Made by a program: the position numbers and the translations under genes. Below are positions 19,431 through 28,348 of a stretch of DNA of 64,000 bases, piece after piece (positions within the stretch are counted from its first letter, which is position 1; the number at the start of each line of letters is the position of its first letter). The stretch spans positions 23,153 through 87,152 of the forward strand of contig WGCU01000077.1 of assembly GCA_015493635.1 (NCBI GenBank). The letters are read 5' to 3'. A model generated the notes under the pieces. It ran no database searches, had not been told where the DNA came from, and worked only from the letters and a program-made list of their open reading frames with translations. The DNA is from Spirochaetaceae bacterium. Lineage in GTDB: Bacteria > Spirochaetota > Spirochaetia > B11-G9.

Positions 19431-20651
19431 TTATGAAGATTCGGTCTTTACCAGTTTCGCGAGTTCTTTTCCCCGCTGATATGCACGCTCATGAACTTCT
19501 TTATCAGCCGTTCCGTTCCATTCAACCGGATCAATAAACTCCCACTTCAATTTTTCTGTTCGTGCTTCAAAATCTTTCTGGGCACCGCCGCTCCAGCCCC
19601 ATGAACCGAATCTGAACACCTTTTTATTCCAGATGTGCTTAATCCCAAATACATCAAGAACATACACAATAGGGGGAAACATCTTGTATTCATACGTGGG
19701 CATTCCAAATACCAGCCCGGCAGATTTCCATGCGTCTGCCAATGCCCAGGAAACATCCTCATTTGGTACCCGGTGAATATGAACCGGAACGTTTTCCGAT
19801 CTGATGCCTTTAATAACGGAATGGAGAACCTGCTCCGTATGGCCGTACATACTTCCCCAGATGACAGTAATTTCCGGAAGTGCGGGACCATTCATATACG
19901 TAGCAAAATCTTTGTAAAGTGAAACAATCCTTGCCGGATTTTCCCTCCAGATAATTCCATGTGAAGGAGCAATCATTGCTATTTCAAGATCTTTCAGCTT
20001 ATCAATCGCCTTAAGAACAAAGGTTGAAAAAGTTGATACAATGTTGGCATAGTATCTAAGGGACTCTTTATAAAAGAATTCATGATCTTCTTCGGAAAGT
20101 TCATCATCAAACACAGCTGCACCAATAGACCCATACGAACCGAAGGCATCACAGGAAAATAGAATCCGGGAACTCTTTTCGTACGTCACCATAGTTTCCG
20201 GCCAGTGGACGTTAGGAACTTCCTCAAAAACCAGCTCTTTCCCATCACCAAGATCAAGGATGTCGCCGCTCTTTACCGCCCGGATATTTTCCGTTATTCC
20301 GGAAAAAACTTTTGCAAGCTCAACCCCCTTTTTTGTCGCAAGTATCTCAATTCGGGGGTTTTCTTCAATGAAATCATGGAGCCATCCCGTATGGTCAGGC
20401 TCCAGATGATTAAGCACCAGATAGTCAATTTCTTTAAAAGAAAGAGGAATAGACTCAAGCTGTTCTTTAATAGTCAGGGGAGCATCATTCCAATCCCGTA
20501 CAAGATCTATAAGAGCTGTCTTTTCCCCTTTCACAACGTAGCAGTTCAGGGACACCCCATGGGGAATGGGCCACATTCCCTCAAACATATCTCCGTTTTC
20601 AATGTTCGCACCAACACGGTATATTCCATTAACTATCTTAATTGCTTTCAT
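19431..20651 (-). CDS. fprA: Flavodiiron protein (FprA/Roo type)
   Basis: NHLEPDHTG, HWPETM, FSCDAFG, APSHG, flavodoxin domain SMYGHTE...FGSWGWSGGA. Confidence 0.93.
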   Translation of the reverse strand: MKAIKIVNGIYRVGANIENGDMFEGMWPIPHGVSLNCYVVKGEKTALIDLVRDWNDAPLTIKEQLESIPLSFKEIDYLVLNHLEPDHTGWLHDFIEENPRIEILATKKGVELAKVFSGITENIRAVKSGDILDLGDGKELVFEEVPNVHWPETMVTYEKSSRILFSCDAFGSYGSIGAAVFDDELSEEDHEFFYKESLRYYANIVSTFSTFVLKAIDKLKDLEIAMIAPSHGIIWRENPARIVSLYKDFATYMNGPALPEITVIWGSMYGHTEQVLHSVIKGIRSENVPVHIHRVPNEDVSWALADAWKSAGLVFGMPTYEYKMFPPIVYVLDVFGIKHIWNKKVFRFGSWGWSGGAQKDFEARTEKLKWEFIDPVEWNGTADKEVHERAYQRGKELAKLVKTESS

Positions 20652-20654
20652 TTT

Positions 20655-20813
20655 TTAATCCTCTGCTGAAAAATCATCTTTACTTGCACCACAGAGGGGG
20701 CACACCCAATCCTCAGGAATCTGATCAAAAGGGGTTCCCGCTGCTACTCCGTTATCCGGATCACCTTCTGCCGGATCGTAAACATATCCGCATACATCAC
20801 ATACGTACTTCAT
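20655..20813 (-). CDS. Rubredoxin, 52 aa (below ORF-track cut-off)
   Basis: Manual translation [52 protein letters not shown]; TAATG overlap with the upstream gene. Confidence 0.97.
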   Translation of the reverse strand: MKYVCDVCGYVYDPAEGDPDNGVAAGTPFDQIPEDWVCPLCGASKDDFSAED

Positions 20814-21193
20814 TAAAATTCTCCTTTCCACAAACCATGTTTATTACAATATTCTCTGGCAGATACTTCCGCAGCGTCTGTCTTAAAAACTGCTACCGGT
20901 TCATCACCAGGTTTAAGATACTGAAAGTAAGATTTACCGTAGGCAAGAAGTTCTATCCACTCTATGTAATGATCTTCAGCCATAGGATGCAGTGTACTTC
21001 CAACAGTAACTTTATAACCACCGTCAATTTTTTCAATTACAGGGACATGTTTCTCCGTTGCAGAATCAGCTGTCTTTTCCGGCAGTAAATTCATAGGTTT
21101 ACCGCAGCAAACCAAAGTCCCCCCCGCTCCGTGTTCTACTGCTACTATATTCCCGCAGATAGAACACCTATACATTTCGTTTCGTTCAGCCAT
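20813..21193 (-). CDS. dfx: Desulfoferrodoxin (2Fe superoxide reductase)
   Basis: CSICGN...[28 protein letters not shown]. Confidence 0.95.
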   Translation of the reverse strand: MAERNEMYRCSICGNIVAVEHGAGGTLVCCGKPMNLLPEKTADSATEKHVPVIEKIDGGYKVTVGSTLHPMAEDHYIEWIELLAYGKSYFQYLKPGDEPVAVFKTDAAEVSAREYCNKHGLWKGEF

Positions 21194-21228
21194 ACTATTA
21201 CCTTCCTTATACATTTAAAATACGTCGA

Positions 21229-21804
21229 TTACCAATTTTCTCCCAGTAACTCAAAATAAGACTGCGCATGTGCACAGGCAGGGCATACCTTGGGAGCTTC
21301 ATATCCCTCATAGATGTAGCCGCAGTTTCTGCAGCGCCATACGACCTTTTCGTCACGTTTAAAAACTTTTCCAGCCTCCAGATTAGCAACAAGATCATTG
21401 TACCTCTTTTCATGCTGCTTTTCCGCTACAGCAATCGCTTCAAAAACAGATGCAATTTTGTCAAATCCTTCTTCCCGTGCTGTTTTTGCGAAGGAAGGGT
21501 ACATATCAGTCCATTCATAATTCTCTCCGCCTGCACCTGCTTTTAAATTTTCAAGGGTAGATCCTATAACACCAGCCGGGAATCCTGCAGTTATTTCCAG
21601 TTCTCCCCCTTCAAGAAACTTAAAAAGCCTTTCCGCGTGTTCTTTTTCCTGGGCAGCCGTTTCAGTAAAAATATCCGAAATTTGAATATACCCTTCTTTT
21701 TTTGCCTTGGAAGCAAAGTAGGTATATCGATTACGGGCCTGGGATTCACCCGCAAAAGCTTTTAATAAATTTTTCTCTGTTTCAGTACCCTTTAATCCAG
21801 CCAT
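21229..21804 (-). CDS. rbr: Rubrerythrin
   Basis: [23 protein letters not shown]-terminal WRCRNCGY...CPACAH. Confidence 0.97.
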   Translation of the reverse strand: MAGLKGTETEKNLLKAFAGESQARNRYTYFASKAKKEGYIQISDIFTETAAQEKEHAERLFKFLEGGELEITAGFPAGVIGSTLENLKAGAGGENYEWTDMYPSFAKTAREEGFDKIASVFEAIAVAEKQHEKRYNDLVANLEAGKVFKRDEKVVWRCRNCGYIYEGYEAPKVCPACAHAQSYFELLGENW

Positions 21805-21826
21805 ACGCTCTCCTTATAAATATATT

Positions 21827-21870
21827 TAGTAACCATTACTAGTATAATAGCCACTTATTAAAAAAGTCAA
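21827..21870 (-). promoter_or_regulatory. Promoter TTGACT-18-TATACT with an overlapping PerR/Fur-like palindrome TAGTAA-CCA-TTACTA
   Basis: -35 at 21870-21865, -10 at 21846-21841; palindrome 21827-21841 covers the expected start site of the rbr operon. Confidence 0.65.
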
Positions 21871-21887
21871 GTACCTCTCTGAAACTG

Positions 21888-22343
21888 TCATCTTGACTCC
21901 TCAATTTCTGCAAGAAGTTCATCTTCTATACGCAGCCGTCTGCTGATATCCCTGGCAAGATTCATAATTAAAATTGAAAATATCTGACAGCTGCATTTGT
22001 TTATTTCATACAATCCTCTGTTTGATAGTGTTAAAGTTGTTGTATCCTCTATGGCCCGGACCGAAGCTGCACACGGCTGTATATCAATGAGTTCCATTTC
22101 ACCAAATGTTTCCCCTTCATCCAGTACAAGAAGCTGACGGAATCCTTCCCTGTGTTTACGTTTTTTTATAATTTCAACAGAACCCTTTGTAATAAAAAAT
22201 ATGCGGCTTCCACGTTCTCCTTCCCGTTCAATGAAATCACCGGTCACAAATGAACGCTCTTCAAAGAAAGGACGGATCAGTTCAATTTGATCAGCTGTTA
22301 TCCCTCCGAAGAGACTGTGTGACTGCAGTGACGTTAAATCCAT
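21888..22343 (-). CDS. Stand-alone cyclic-nucleotide-binding domain protein
   Basis: LFGG, EGERG, FFITKGSVEI, GETFGEMELID...ASVRA; no HTH. Confidence 0.85.
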   Translation of the reverse strand: MDLTSLQSHSLFGGITADQIELIRPFFEERSFVTGDFIEREGERGSRIFFITKGSVEIIKKRKHREGFRQLLVLDEGETFGEMELIDIQPCAASVRAIEDTTTLTLSNRGLYEINKCSCQIFSILIMNLARDISRRLRIEDELLAEIEESR

Positions 22344-22411
22344 TTAAGAACTCCCCTTGTTAACTCTAGTACATAAATTCATCTGTTGCAAGATTTTTTA
22401 TAAATATTATA

Positions 22412-22440
22412 TTGTCAAAGGATGTGGATAGTTTTATACT
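22412..22440 (+). promoter_or_regulatory. Putative sigma70 promoter TTGTCA-17-TATACT, ATG 6 nt downstream (leaderless candidate)
   Basis: Boxes at 22412-22417 and 22435-22440; CCCGCC then ATG 22447, no SD. Confidence 0.6.
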
Positions 22441-22446
22441 CCCGCC

Positions 22447-23082
22447 ATGAACAAGCGATTACTTCTTCTTCTTGTTACTGTACTTGCCGCTTTTCCTCTT
22501 TATGCGCATCCGCACATAATGCTCTTATCAGACCTTGATTTTATCTTTTCCGGCAGGACATGCAAGGGCGTCTGGGTTGAATGGGCATTTGACCGTTTTT
22601 TCAGTGCTTCAATTATCCAGGACTATGACACTGATCATGATGGTTCTTTCAGTATTAAGGAAATCAAGCAGGTACATGACCATGCATTCATCAACCTTAA
22701 GCATTACGGTTTTTTTGTTTCCTTCAGAAAGGGAAAAACACGGAAGAGCCCCGATTCGGTAACCAACTTCTCCGCCAGAGAAAAAGACGGTGAGCTTTTC
22801 TATAAGTTTTTTATCCCCCTCGATACCTTTAAGTTCAGTAATGGGTTTTATCTTTCAATTTTTGACCCCACCTACTATTGTGCAGTAAAATATCGAAAGA
22901 ATCCTGTAAAAATTGAACAGTCAAAAGGGGAAACACCCTCATTTTCAATTGAAACAAACAAAAATTATCCTGTGTATTACAATCCTTATGGAGCGGCAAA
23001 TGATACCTCAACGTACAATAAATGGAAACCCGGACTGCAGACAGCCTATCCTAAAGAAGTCCATATCTTTTTTAAGCAGTAA
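22447..23082 (+). CDS. DUF1007 family exported metal-binding protein
   Basis: Signal peptide then AHPH, WAFD, D-x-D-x-D-G loop, FDPTYY. Confidence 0.8.
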   Translation: MNKRLLLLLVTVLAAFPLYAHPHIMLLSDLDFIFSGRTCKGVWVEWAFDRFFSASIIQDYDTDHDGSFSIKEIKQVHDHAFINLKHYGFFVSFRKGKTRKSPDSVTNFSAREKDGELFYKFFIPLDTFKFSNGFYLSIFDPTYYCAVKYRKNPVKIEQSKGETPSFSIETNKNYPVYYNPYGAANDTSTYNKWKPGLQTAYPKEVHIFFKQ

Positions 23083-23995
23083 AAAGTACGGTATTTTATT
23101 CATTTTTCTCATTTTTATTTTAACTGCCGTTTCGGTTTCTGCGGATCCATTCACCTCCGGGAGTAACGGAGAAACTCTTCCGGCGGCATCTCGGGTTTCG
23201 GTAATTCATATTCCGAAATTTCTCATCACCTCCCAGCTTGTATTCAGAGAAAAGGCAGGAGATATCCTCTCCTCCCTTAAAAATAATCCCTCTGTTTCTG
23301 TATTATTGTGGTTCATTTTTATTGTCTTTATCTATGGCTTTTTACATGGGGCAGGCCCCGGACATCGGAAAACTGTTGTCTTTTCCCTTTTTTTATCCCG
23401 TTCAGCAAAATCATGGGAACCATTTGCCGCAGGTTTCCTTTCCGCGGGACTTCATGCCGGCACAAGTCTTATTCTCATTATCATTTTCAAAGTCATAAAA
23501 CAAACAGTTGCAAGCTTTACCAGTTCAGAACTCCTGGCCTTCTACCTGGAGGGATGGACCTTCATAGCTCTGGGAATCTTTGCCGTGTTCCTTATCATCT
23601 TCAAAATATTTGAAAACCATAGAGTAACATCACAAAGCAAAACGGTTATTCATTCAAACAAAAATATATATGGACTCCTTTTTGTATCAAGCCTTTTCCC
23701 CTGTCCGGGTGCTACCATGATTCTTCTGTTTGCTCTTTCAGAAGGACTTCTTACCATAGGAATTCTTGGAGTTGTAGCCATGTCCCTGGGAATGGGAACG
23801 GTTATCTCACTCGTAGGATACCTGGCTATGACAGGAAGAGAGAGTCTTTTCAAATGGTTTAAAAACAGAGAAGATAAAGTCAAAAGTATCAGCGATAAGC
23901 TTGAGATAACATCGTATGTCCTCGTTGTGTTCTTTGCTTTATGGATGGGCAGCCCTTTCATCTACTGGCTTATTACCCACACCGGGGTATCATAA
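22988..23995 (+). CDS. RcnA/HoxN-like nickel/cobalt (or zinc) transporter; start uncertain
   Basis: YGFLHGAGPGHRKTVV, LFPCPGA, AMSLGMG. Confidence 0.8.
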   Translation: MERQMIPQRTINGNPDCRQPILKKSISFLSSKKYGILFIFLIFILTAVSVSADPFTSGSNGETLPAASRVSVIHIPKFLITSQLVFREKAGDILSSLKNNPSVSVLLWFIFIVFIYGFLHGAGPGHRKTVVFSLFLSRSAKSWEPFAAGFLSAGLHAGTSLILIIIFKVIKQTVASFTSSELLAFYLEGWTFIALGIFAVFLIIFKIFENHRVTSQSKTVIHSNKNIYGLLFVSSLFPCPGATMILLFALSEGLLTIGILGVVAMSLGMGTVISLVGYLAMTGRESLFKWFKNREDKVKSISDKLEITSYVLVVFFALWMGSPFIYWLITHTGVS

Positions 23996-24006
23996 AACCG
24001 TACCTT

Positions 24007-24978
24007 TCATTTCAGAATCTGGTATGCAGTATTATCGGTTGGTTTACCGCCGATAGTTGTTCGTATAGTAGGAACACCTTCTGCCTCAAAAGCAGCTGCA
24101 ACCTTGTCCTGCAGCTCCTTATCGGGAGTCAGGGCAAGCATATAACCGCCTCTTCCCCCTCCTGTAACTTTTGATCCATAAGCACCGAGAGAATTCGCAA
24201 GATTACAAAGATGAATCAATCTTTCATGAGATAGTCCCATTTCTATGAGGATTTCATGATTGGCATTCATAATTCTTCCGGTTTCTTTCAGATCTCCTCC
24301 GGTAAGAGCTGCTCCAAGGGCTTTTACCTGATCCCGTATACTATCCAGACGTTTATTAAAGAGAACAGGATCGGAGGATTCCTGTTCTTCAAGAAATCCT
24401 TTCAATGCTGCAGTATTTGCAGTAATTCCGCTGTTGCCAAGAACCACTTCTACCGGTCCGCTCATATCAATACGCTTAAACTGCTTTACACCATCCTTAA
24501 TCCAGTATTGAATGACTCCGCCGTAAGTTGATACCGTGTTATCCAGACCACTGGGAAGGCCGTGATAGCCGAATTCACCTTCCCATGCCACATGGTTAAT
24601 TCCAAGTATATCAAGGCCGAGATCAAACTCTTCATTACAAGCTCTGGCAAACGATACACAGATGGCAGCGCTGGCACCCACACCGCTTCCTGCCAGCAGA
24701 TCACCGGAAACCGTAATTTTTATCGGATTCTTATCAAGATCCAGCCCCATTACTTCCACCATACGGTTAAAAGAGGCAATACTGTCCTTCTCTTTTGCTT
24801 TTTTATACCCAGGAACTTCAATCCTGTTATCTTCTACTATCCACCCCGATCCGGAGGGTAACCGTTCAACTTTACAGTATGTTTCAAAGGGTATCGCTGA
24901 AAGAACTGCAGGAATCTCCCACAGAACAAACTGGTCTCCTATAAGTATTGTTTTTCCAAATCCTTTACCTGTTCCCAT
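24007..24978 (-). CDS. Mevalonate-kinase-like GHMP kinase
   Basis: GKTILIGDQF, LAGSGVGASAA, HGLPSGLDN, GSKVTGGGRGG; SD GGGGAG before ATG 24978. Confidence 0.78.
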   Translation of the reverse strand: MGTGKGFGKTILIGDQFVLWEIPAVLSAIPFETYCKVERLPSGSGWIVEDNRIEVPGYKKAKEKDSIASFNRMVEVMGLDLDKNPIKITVSGDLLAGSGVGASAAICVSFARACNEEFDLGLDILGINHVAWEGEFGYHGLPSGLDNTVSTYGGVIQYWIKDGVKQFKRIDMSGPVEVVLGNSGITANTAALKGFLEEQESSDPVLFNKRLDSIRDQVKALGAALTGGDLKETGRIMNANHEILIEMGLSHERLIHLCNLANSLGAYGSKVTGGGRGGYMLALTPDKELQDKVAAAFEAEGVPTIRTTIGGKPTDNTAYQILK

Positions 24979-25002
24979 TATCTTTCTCCCCAAGTTTGTA
25001 TT

Positions 25003-25827
25003 TCATTTCTCACTCTGAAGCGCAAAACCCTTCATAAAACTGTCCTGCATTATATAGAAAATCAAGAGCGGCGGAATCATGGTCATTACAACGCCTGCCA
25101 TAATAACACCCCAGTTATTACTGGATTCTGCGTTCATGAGCATTTTAATACCAATCTGCACAACTCGCATATTATCCGAATTTGTTGCCATCAGCGGCCA
25201 CAAATACTGATTCCAGATATAGATAAACTCAATCACCGATAAAGCAGCTATAGTGCTCTTTGTCAACGGAAGGAGTACCTTAAAGAAATACTGCATTGGT
25301 CGGCATCCGTCCATTTTGGATGCATCAATCAGCTCTGACGGAACAGTTTTAAACCGCTGAATAAAAAGAAAGGTTCCTGTAGCAGATGCCCAGAAAGGAA
25401 CAATAAGCCCCGCATAGTGGTTTAACCACCCCAGTTTTCCAACAACATTAAAAAGTGCGACAATTCTTACCGGAACAGGTAAGAGCAGTGATATAAGAAT
25501 AAGAATAAAAAGGATACTCTTTCCCTTAAATTCAAAATGAGTAAAAGCAAAAGCTGCCAGAAGGCTCATGATAACTTTTCCTATGGTAACTGATACTGCA
25601 ATAAACGCAGAATTAAACAGCATCCTCCCAAGATGCACTGCGTTCCATGCTGTTTTATAATTGGAGACAGCATTATTGCTGGGAATAAGACGCGGCGGAT
25701 ATGATAATGCCTGCGTCTCAGTCTGTGTACTGATAGTAAGGGAAAGAATCACCGGCAGACAAATAACAAAAACCGATAAAATTAAAAGCGCGTGAATCGA
25801 CAGGGTCTGTAATTTTGTTCTTTTCAT
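25003..25827 (-). CDS. CUT1 ABC transporter permease (UgpE-like)
   Basis: EAA-type loop ELIDASKMDG, WNQYLWPL. Confidence 0.9.
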   Translation of the reverse strand: MKRTKLQTLSIHALLILSVFVICLPVILSLTISTQTETQALSYPPRLIPSNNAVSNYKTAWNAVHLGRMLFNSAFIAVSVTIGKVIMSLLAAFAFTHFEFKGKSILFILILISLLLPVPVRIVALFNVVGKLGWLNHYAGLIVPFWASATGTFLFIQRFKTVPSELIDASKMDGCRPMQYFFKVLLPLTKSTIAALSVIEFIYIWNQYLWPLMATNSDNMRVVQIGIKMLMNAESSNNWGVIMAGVVMTMIPPLLIFYIMQDSFMKGFALQSEK

Positions 25828-25836
25828 CTGTTTCTC

Positions 25837-26706
25837 CTACTGATAATGAACTTTTTTTTCTGTGGTCTGAAACTGCAAAACGGTTATACCGACAACAAGG
25901 AGAAATAAAACCAGACTTTCTGCTGCGGCATACCCTGTCTTTGAATTAACAAAGAAATCCCTGTACAGCTGATATATAAGTATATTTGTCGACCGTGCCG
26001 GTCCGCCTTCAGTAAGAACATCTATAAGACCGAAACTGCTGAAGTACGCGTACGTTGTATTCATTACAAGAAGAAAAAATGTTGTTGGTGAAAGGTAAGC
26101 AAAGGTTATGGAAAAAAACCTGCGCACCGGTCCTGCACCGTCTATGGCGGCAGCCTCTAAAGCACTCCGGGGAACGTTCCGCAGAGCGGTAAGATAAAAA
26201 ACGATATTGTAACCCAAATTCTTCCAAACCGCAGCCATAATAATAATAAAAAACGCGGTGGTTCCCTGGGTAAGCCAGGTCCGGTATCCGGTAAAATAGC
26301 AGATAACACCATTAGCGGGATTGAACAAAAAGTTAAAGAGTGCACCGGCAATAGCTGGAGAAAGTGCGTATGGCCATATTAAAAAAGACCGGTAATACTT
26401 CATTCCCTTAATTTGCTCATTGAGAAGAAGCGCAATCATCATGCTGAAAATAAGCCCCAGAATTACCACTGCCAGCGTAAAAATAAAAGAAATCCCAAAA
26501 CTGTGTATGTAGTCACTGTTGGAAAAAATATTTTTAAAATTGTACAATCCTGCAAATCGTTCTGCTCCGGTATACGGATGAACGGTAAACAGGCTCAATC
26601 TAAAGGTTTCAAGTGCCGGATAAAACAAAAAAACAACAAGAATAAGAAATGTCGGCAAAAGAAGAATGTAGGGTAACACATCACCTTTAAAAGTTGATTG
26701 TTTCAT
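25837..26706 (-). CDS. CUT1 ABC transporter permease (UgpA-like)
   Basis: IWPYALSPA, WKNLGYN, LEAAAIDGA, TEGGP. Confidence 0.9.
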   Translation of the reverse strand: MKQSTFKGDVLPYILLLPTFLILVVFLFYPALETFRLSLFTVHPYTGAERFAGLYNFKNIFSNSDYIHSFGISFIFTLAVVILGLIFSMMIALLLNEQIKGMKYYRSFLIWPYALSPAIAGALFNFLFNPANGVICYFTGYRTWLTQGTTAFFIIIMAAVWKNLGYNIVFYLTALRNVPRSALEAAAIDGAGPVRRFFSITFAYLSPTTFFLLVMNTTYAYFSSFGLIDVLTEGGPARSTNILIYQLYRDFFVNSKTGYAAAESLVLFLLVVGITVLQFQTTEKKVHYQ

Positions 26707-26727
26707 ATATCGTCCTTTACGTAAAAG

Positions 26728-26758
26728 AGGGGCTGCCCTTCAAATAAGGGCAGCCCCT
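26728..26758 (-). terminator. 13-bp hairpin between the binding-protein gene and the permeases (partial terminator or mRNA stabiliser)
   Basis: AGGGGCTGCCCTT-CAAAT-AAGGGCAGCCCCT, followed by CTTTT on the minus strand. Confidence 0.75.
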
Positions 26759-26769
26759 GTGTTAAAAAA

Positions 26770-28116
26770 CTACTGTTTAATTACTTTATTCCATTCAGCC
26801 ATAGCTGCATCAACTTTTGCTGCTGATTCGTCAAGCGCCTGCTGAACCGGTTTACCGGCATAACATTCCTGGATAGCAGACTGAATAATCGACCGAGCCT
26901 GTGGGAATACCCCAAGGAGTGCACCGGCTGTATTCAACGATTCAGGGCTGTCCAGCAGCTGGTTAAAAGCAGTAAGGTAATTAGGATTTTCTTTAAACCA
27001 TCCCTGTGCTTTCAACTTGTCCATAGCTGTCTTACGTACAGGAAAGTATCCTGTTCCCTTGTGCCATTTAATTTGAGGACCATCGCTGGATATGTATTCA
27101 ATCAGTTTAAGAGCAGCAAGCTGCTGTTCTGGAGTTCCGGTATTGGTCATCCACAGAGAACCGCCGCCGATAGCAACGCCGCCCTTGGCTCCTGCGGGAC
27201 GCGGAATATAACCGGTTCCCATTTCCCATCCCTTCTCCTTAAGACCTTTGGTAAGAAGGTTTACATCAGAAGATGAGGACATAACCATGGCAACTTCACC
27301 GGAAACAAATGCTGCACGGTGATTTGACCATCCGGGACCTACATCAAGGAAAAGACCGTCTTTTTCCATTCCAACCCACCAGTCAAGTACCTTTTTCCCG
27401 GCTTCTCCGTTAAAAAGGGCCTTTGTGGGAAGTTCTTTACCACGGCCGTTGTCATTATTCACAAAAGGAGCATCCTGCAGACAGATCATCTGTTCAAAAT
27501 ACCATGAATGAAGGTTCCAGGTAATAGGAGTTTTAATACCGGCTTTCTGGAGAGCTACAGCAGCTTTCCGTATATCAGCGTAGGTTTTCGGAGGATTTTC
27601 AGGGTCCAATCCTGCTTTCTTAAAAAAAGTTTTATTATAATAAATCAAAGGTGTTGAAGAATTAAAAGGCATTGAATAGTGCTTACCCTGATATTTATAA
27701 TAACTCTGTACAGGAGTAAAGAAATCACTCCACTTGATAGGAAGATTAAACTTTTTCGCCGCATCGTCTACCGGTGTAATAATATCGCTGTAAATAAGAC
27801 CGAGGGTTCCGACATCGTAGGATTGGAATACCTGAGGTGCGTTCCCGGCTTTTACCGCTGATTTAACCTTGTTCAGCGTATCATTGTACGAACCGGTATA
27901 CTGAACCTTTACCGTAATATTCGGGTTCTCTTTCATAAACTGGTCAACTATACCCTGTATAAGATCAATCCGGGTTCCTGACATTGCATGCCAGAACTCG
28001 ATGGTTACGGGGGCATTCGCGTCCACCTTAACTGCTTTTTCTTCTTTCTTGCCTGTAGCAAACAATGCTGGAACAAGCATTGCAACAGCCAGAAGAAGGA
28101 TCACAATTTTTTTCAT
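26770..28116 (-). CDS. ABC transporter solute-binding protein (UgpB-like)
   Basis: IEFWHAMSG, SMPFNSSTPLIYYNK, IGGGSLW, WHKGTGYFP. Confidence 0.9.
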   Translation of the reverse strand: MKKIVILLLAVAMLVPALFATGKKEEKAVKVDANAPVTIEFWHAMSGTRIDLIQGIVDQFMKENPNITVKVQYTGSYNDTLNKVKSAVKAGNAPQVFQSYDVGTLGLIYSDIITPVDDAAKKFNLPIKWSDFFTPVQSYYKYQGKHYSMPFNSSTPLIYYNKTFFKKAGLDPENPPKTYADIRKAAVALQKAGIKTPITWNLHSWYFEQMICLQDAPFVNNDNGRGKELPTKALFNGEAGKKVLDWWVGMEKDGLFLDVGPGWSNHRAAFVSGEVAMVMSSSSDVNLLTKGLKEKGWEMGTGYIPRPAGAKGGVAIGGGSLWMTNTGTPEQQLAALKLIEYISSDGPQIKWHKGTGYFPVRKTAMDKLKAQGWFKENPNYLTAFNQLLDSPESLNTAGALLGVFPQARSIIQSAIQECYAGKPVQQALDESAAKVDAAMAEWNKVIKQ

Positions 28117-28156
28117 CGCTTTCTCCTTAAAAATAATTTAACAAAAAACTACCTCT

Positions 28157-28229
28157 ATATAGTTAAAACTATATTAGGATTCCGTTAATTGTTAATGAGC
28201 ATTATACAACAAGGCGGCTTGTTGATCAA
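28157..28229 (-). promoter_or_regulatory. Promoter TTGATC-17-TATAAT with two inverted repeats (candidate operators)
   Basis: -35 at 28229-28224, -10 at 28206-28201; CAACAAG-N4-CTTGTTG at 28207-28224; ATATAGTT-AA-AACTATAT at 28157-28174. Confidence 0.6.
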
Positions 28230-28299
28230 GTTTTTATTAAATATGTTTTTCAAATACTGTTTATGATCGTTTTTGGAAGTTTAAAGTATTTCACTTTTT

Positions 28300-28328
28300 T
28301 TGATATGCATTCTTTTTTGTTATATACT
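28300..28328 (+). promoter_or_regulatory. Putative sigma70 promoter TTGATA-17-TATACT
   Basis: Boxes at 28300-28305 and 28323-28328; SD AAGGAG. Confidence 0.55.
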
Positions 28329-28348
28329 GTCATCAAGGAGTGAAATAA

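Noticed and set aside
20642-21088. 148-aa plus-strand ORF
   Set aside because: The region is explained by rubredoxin and desulfoferrodoxin on the minus strand.
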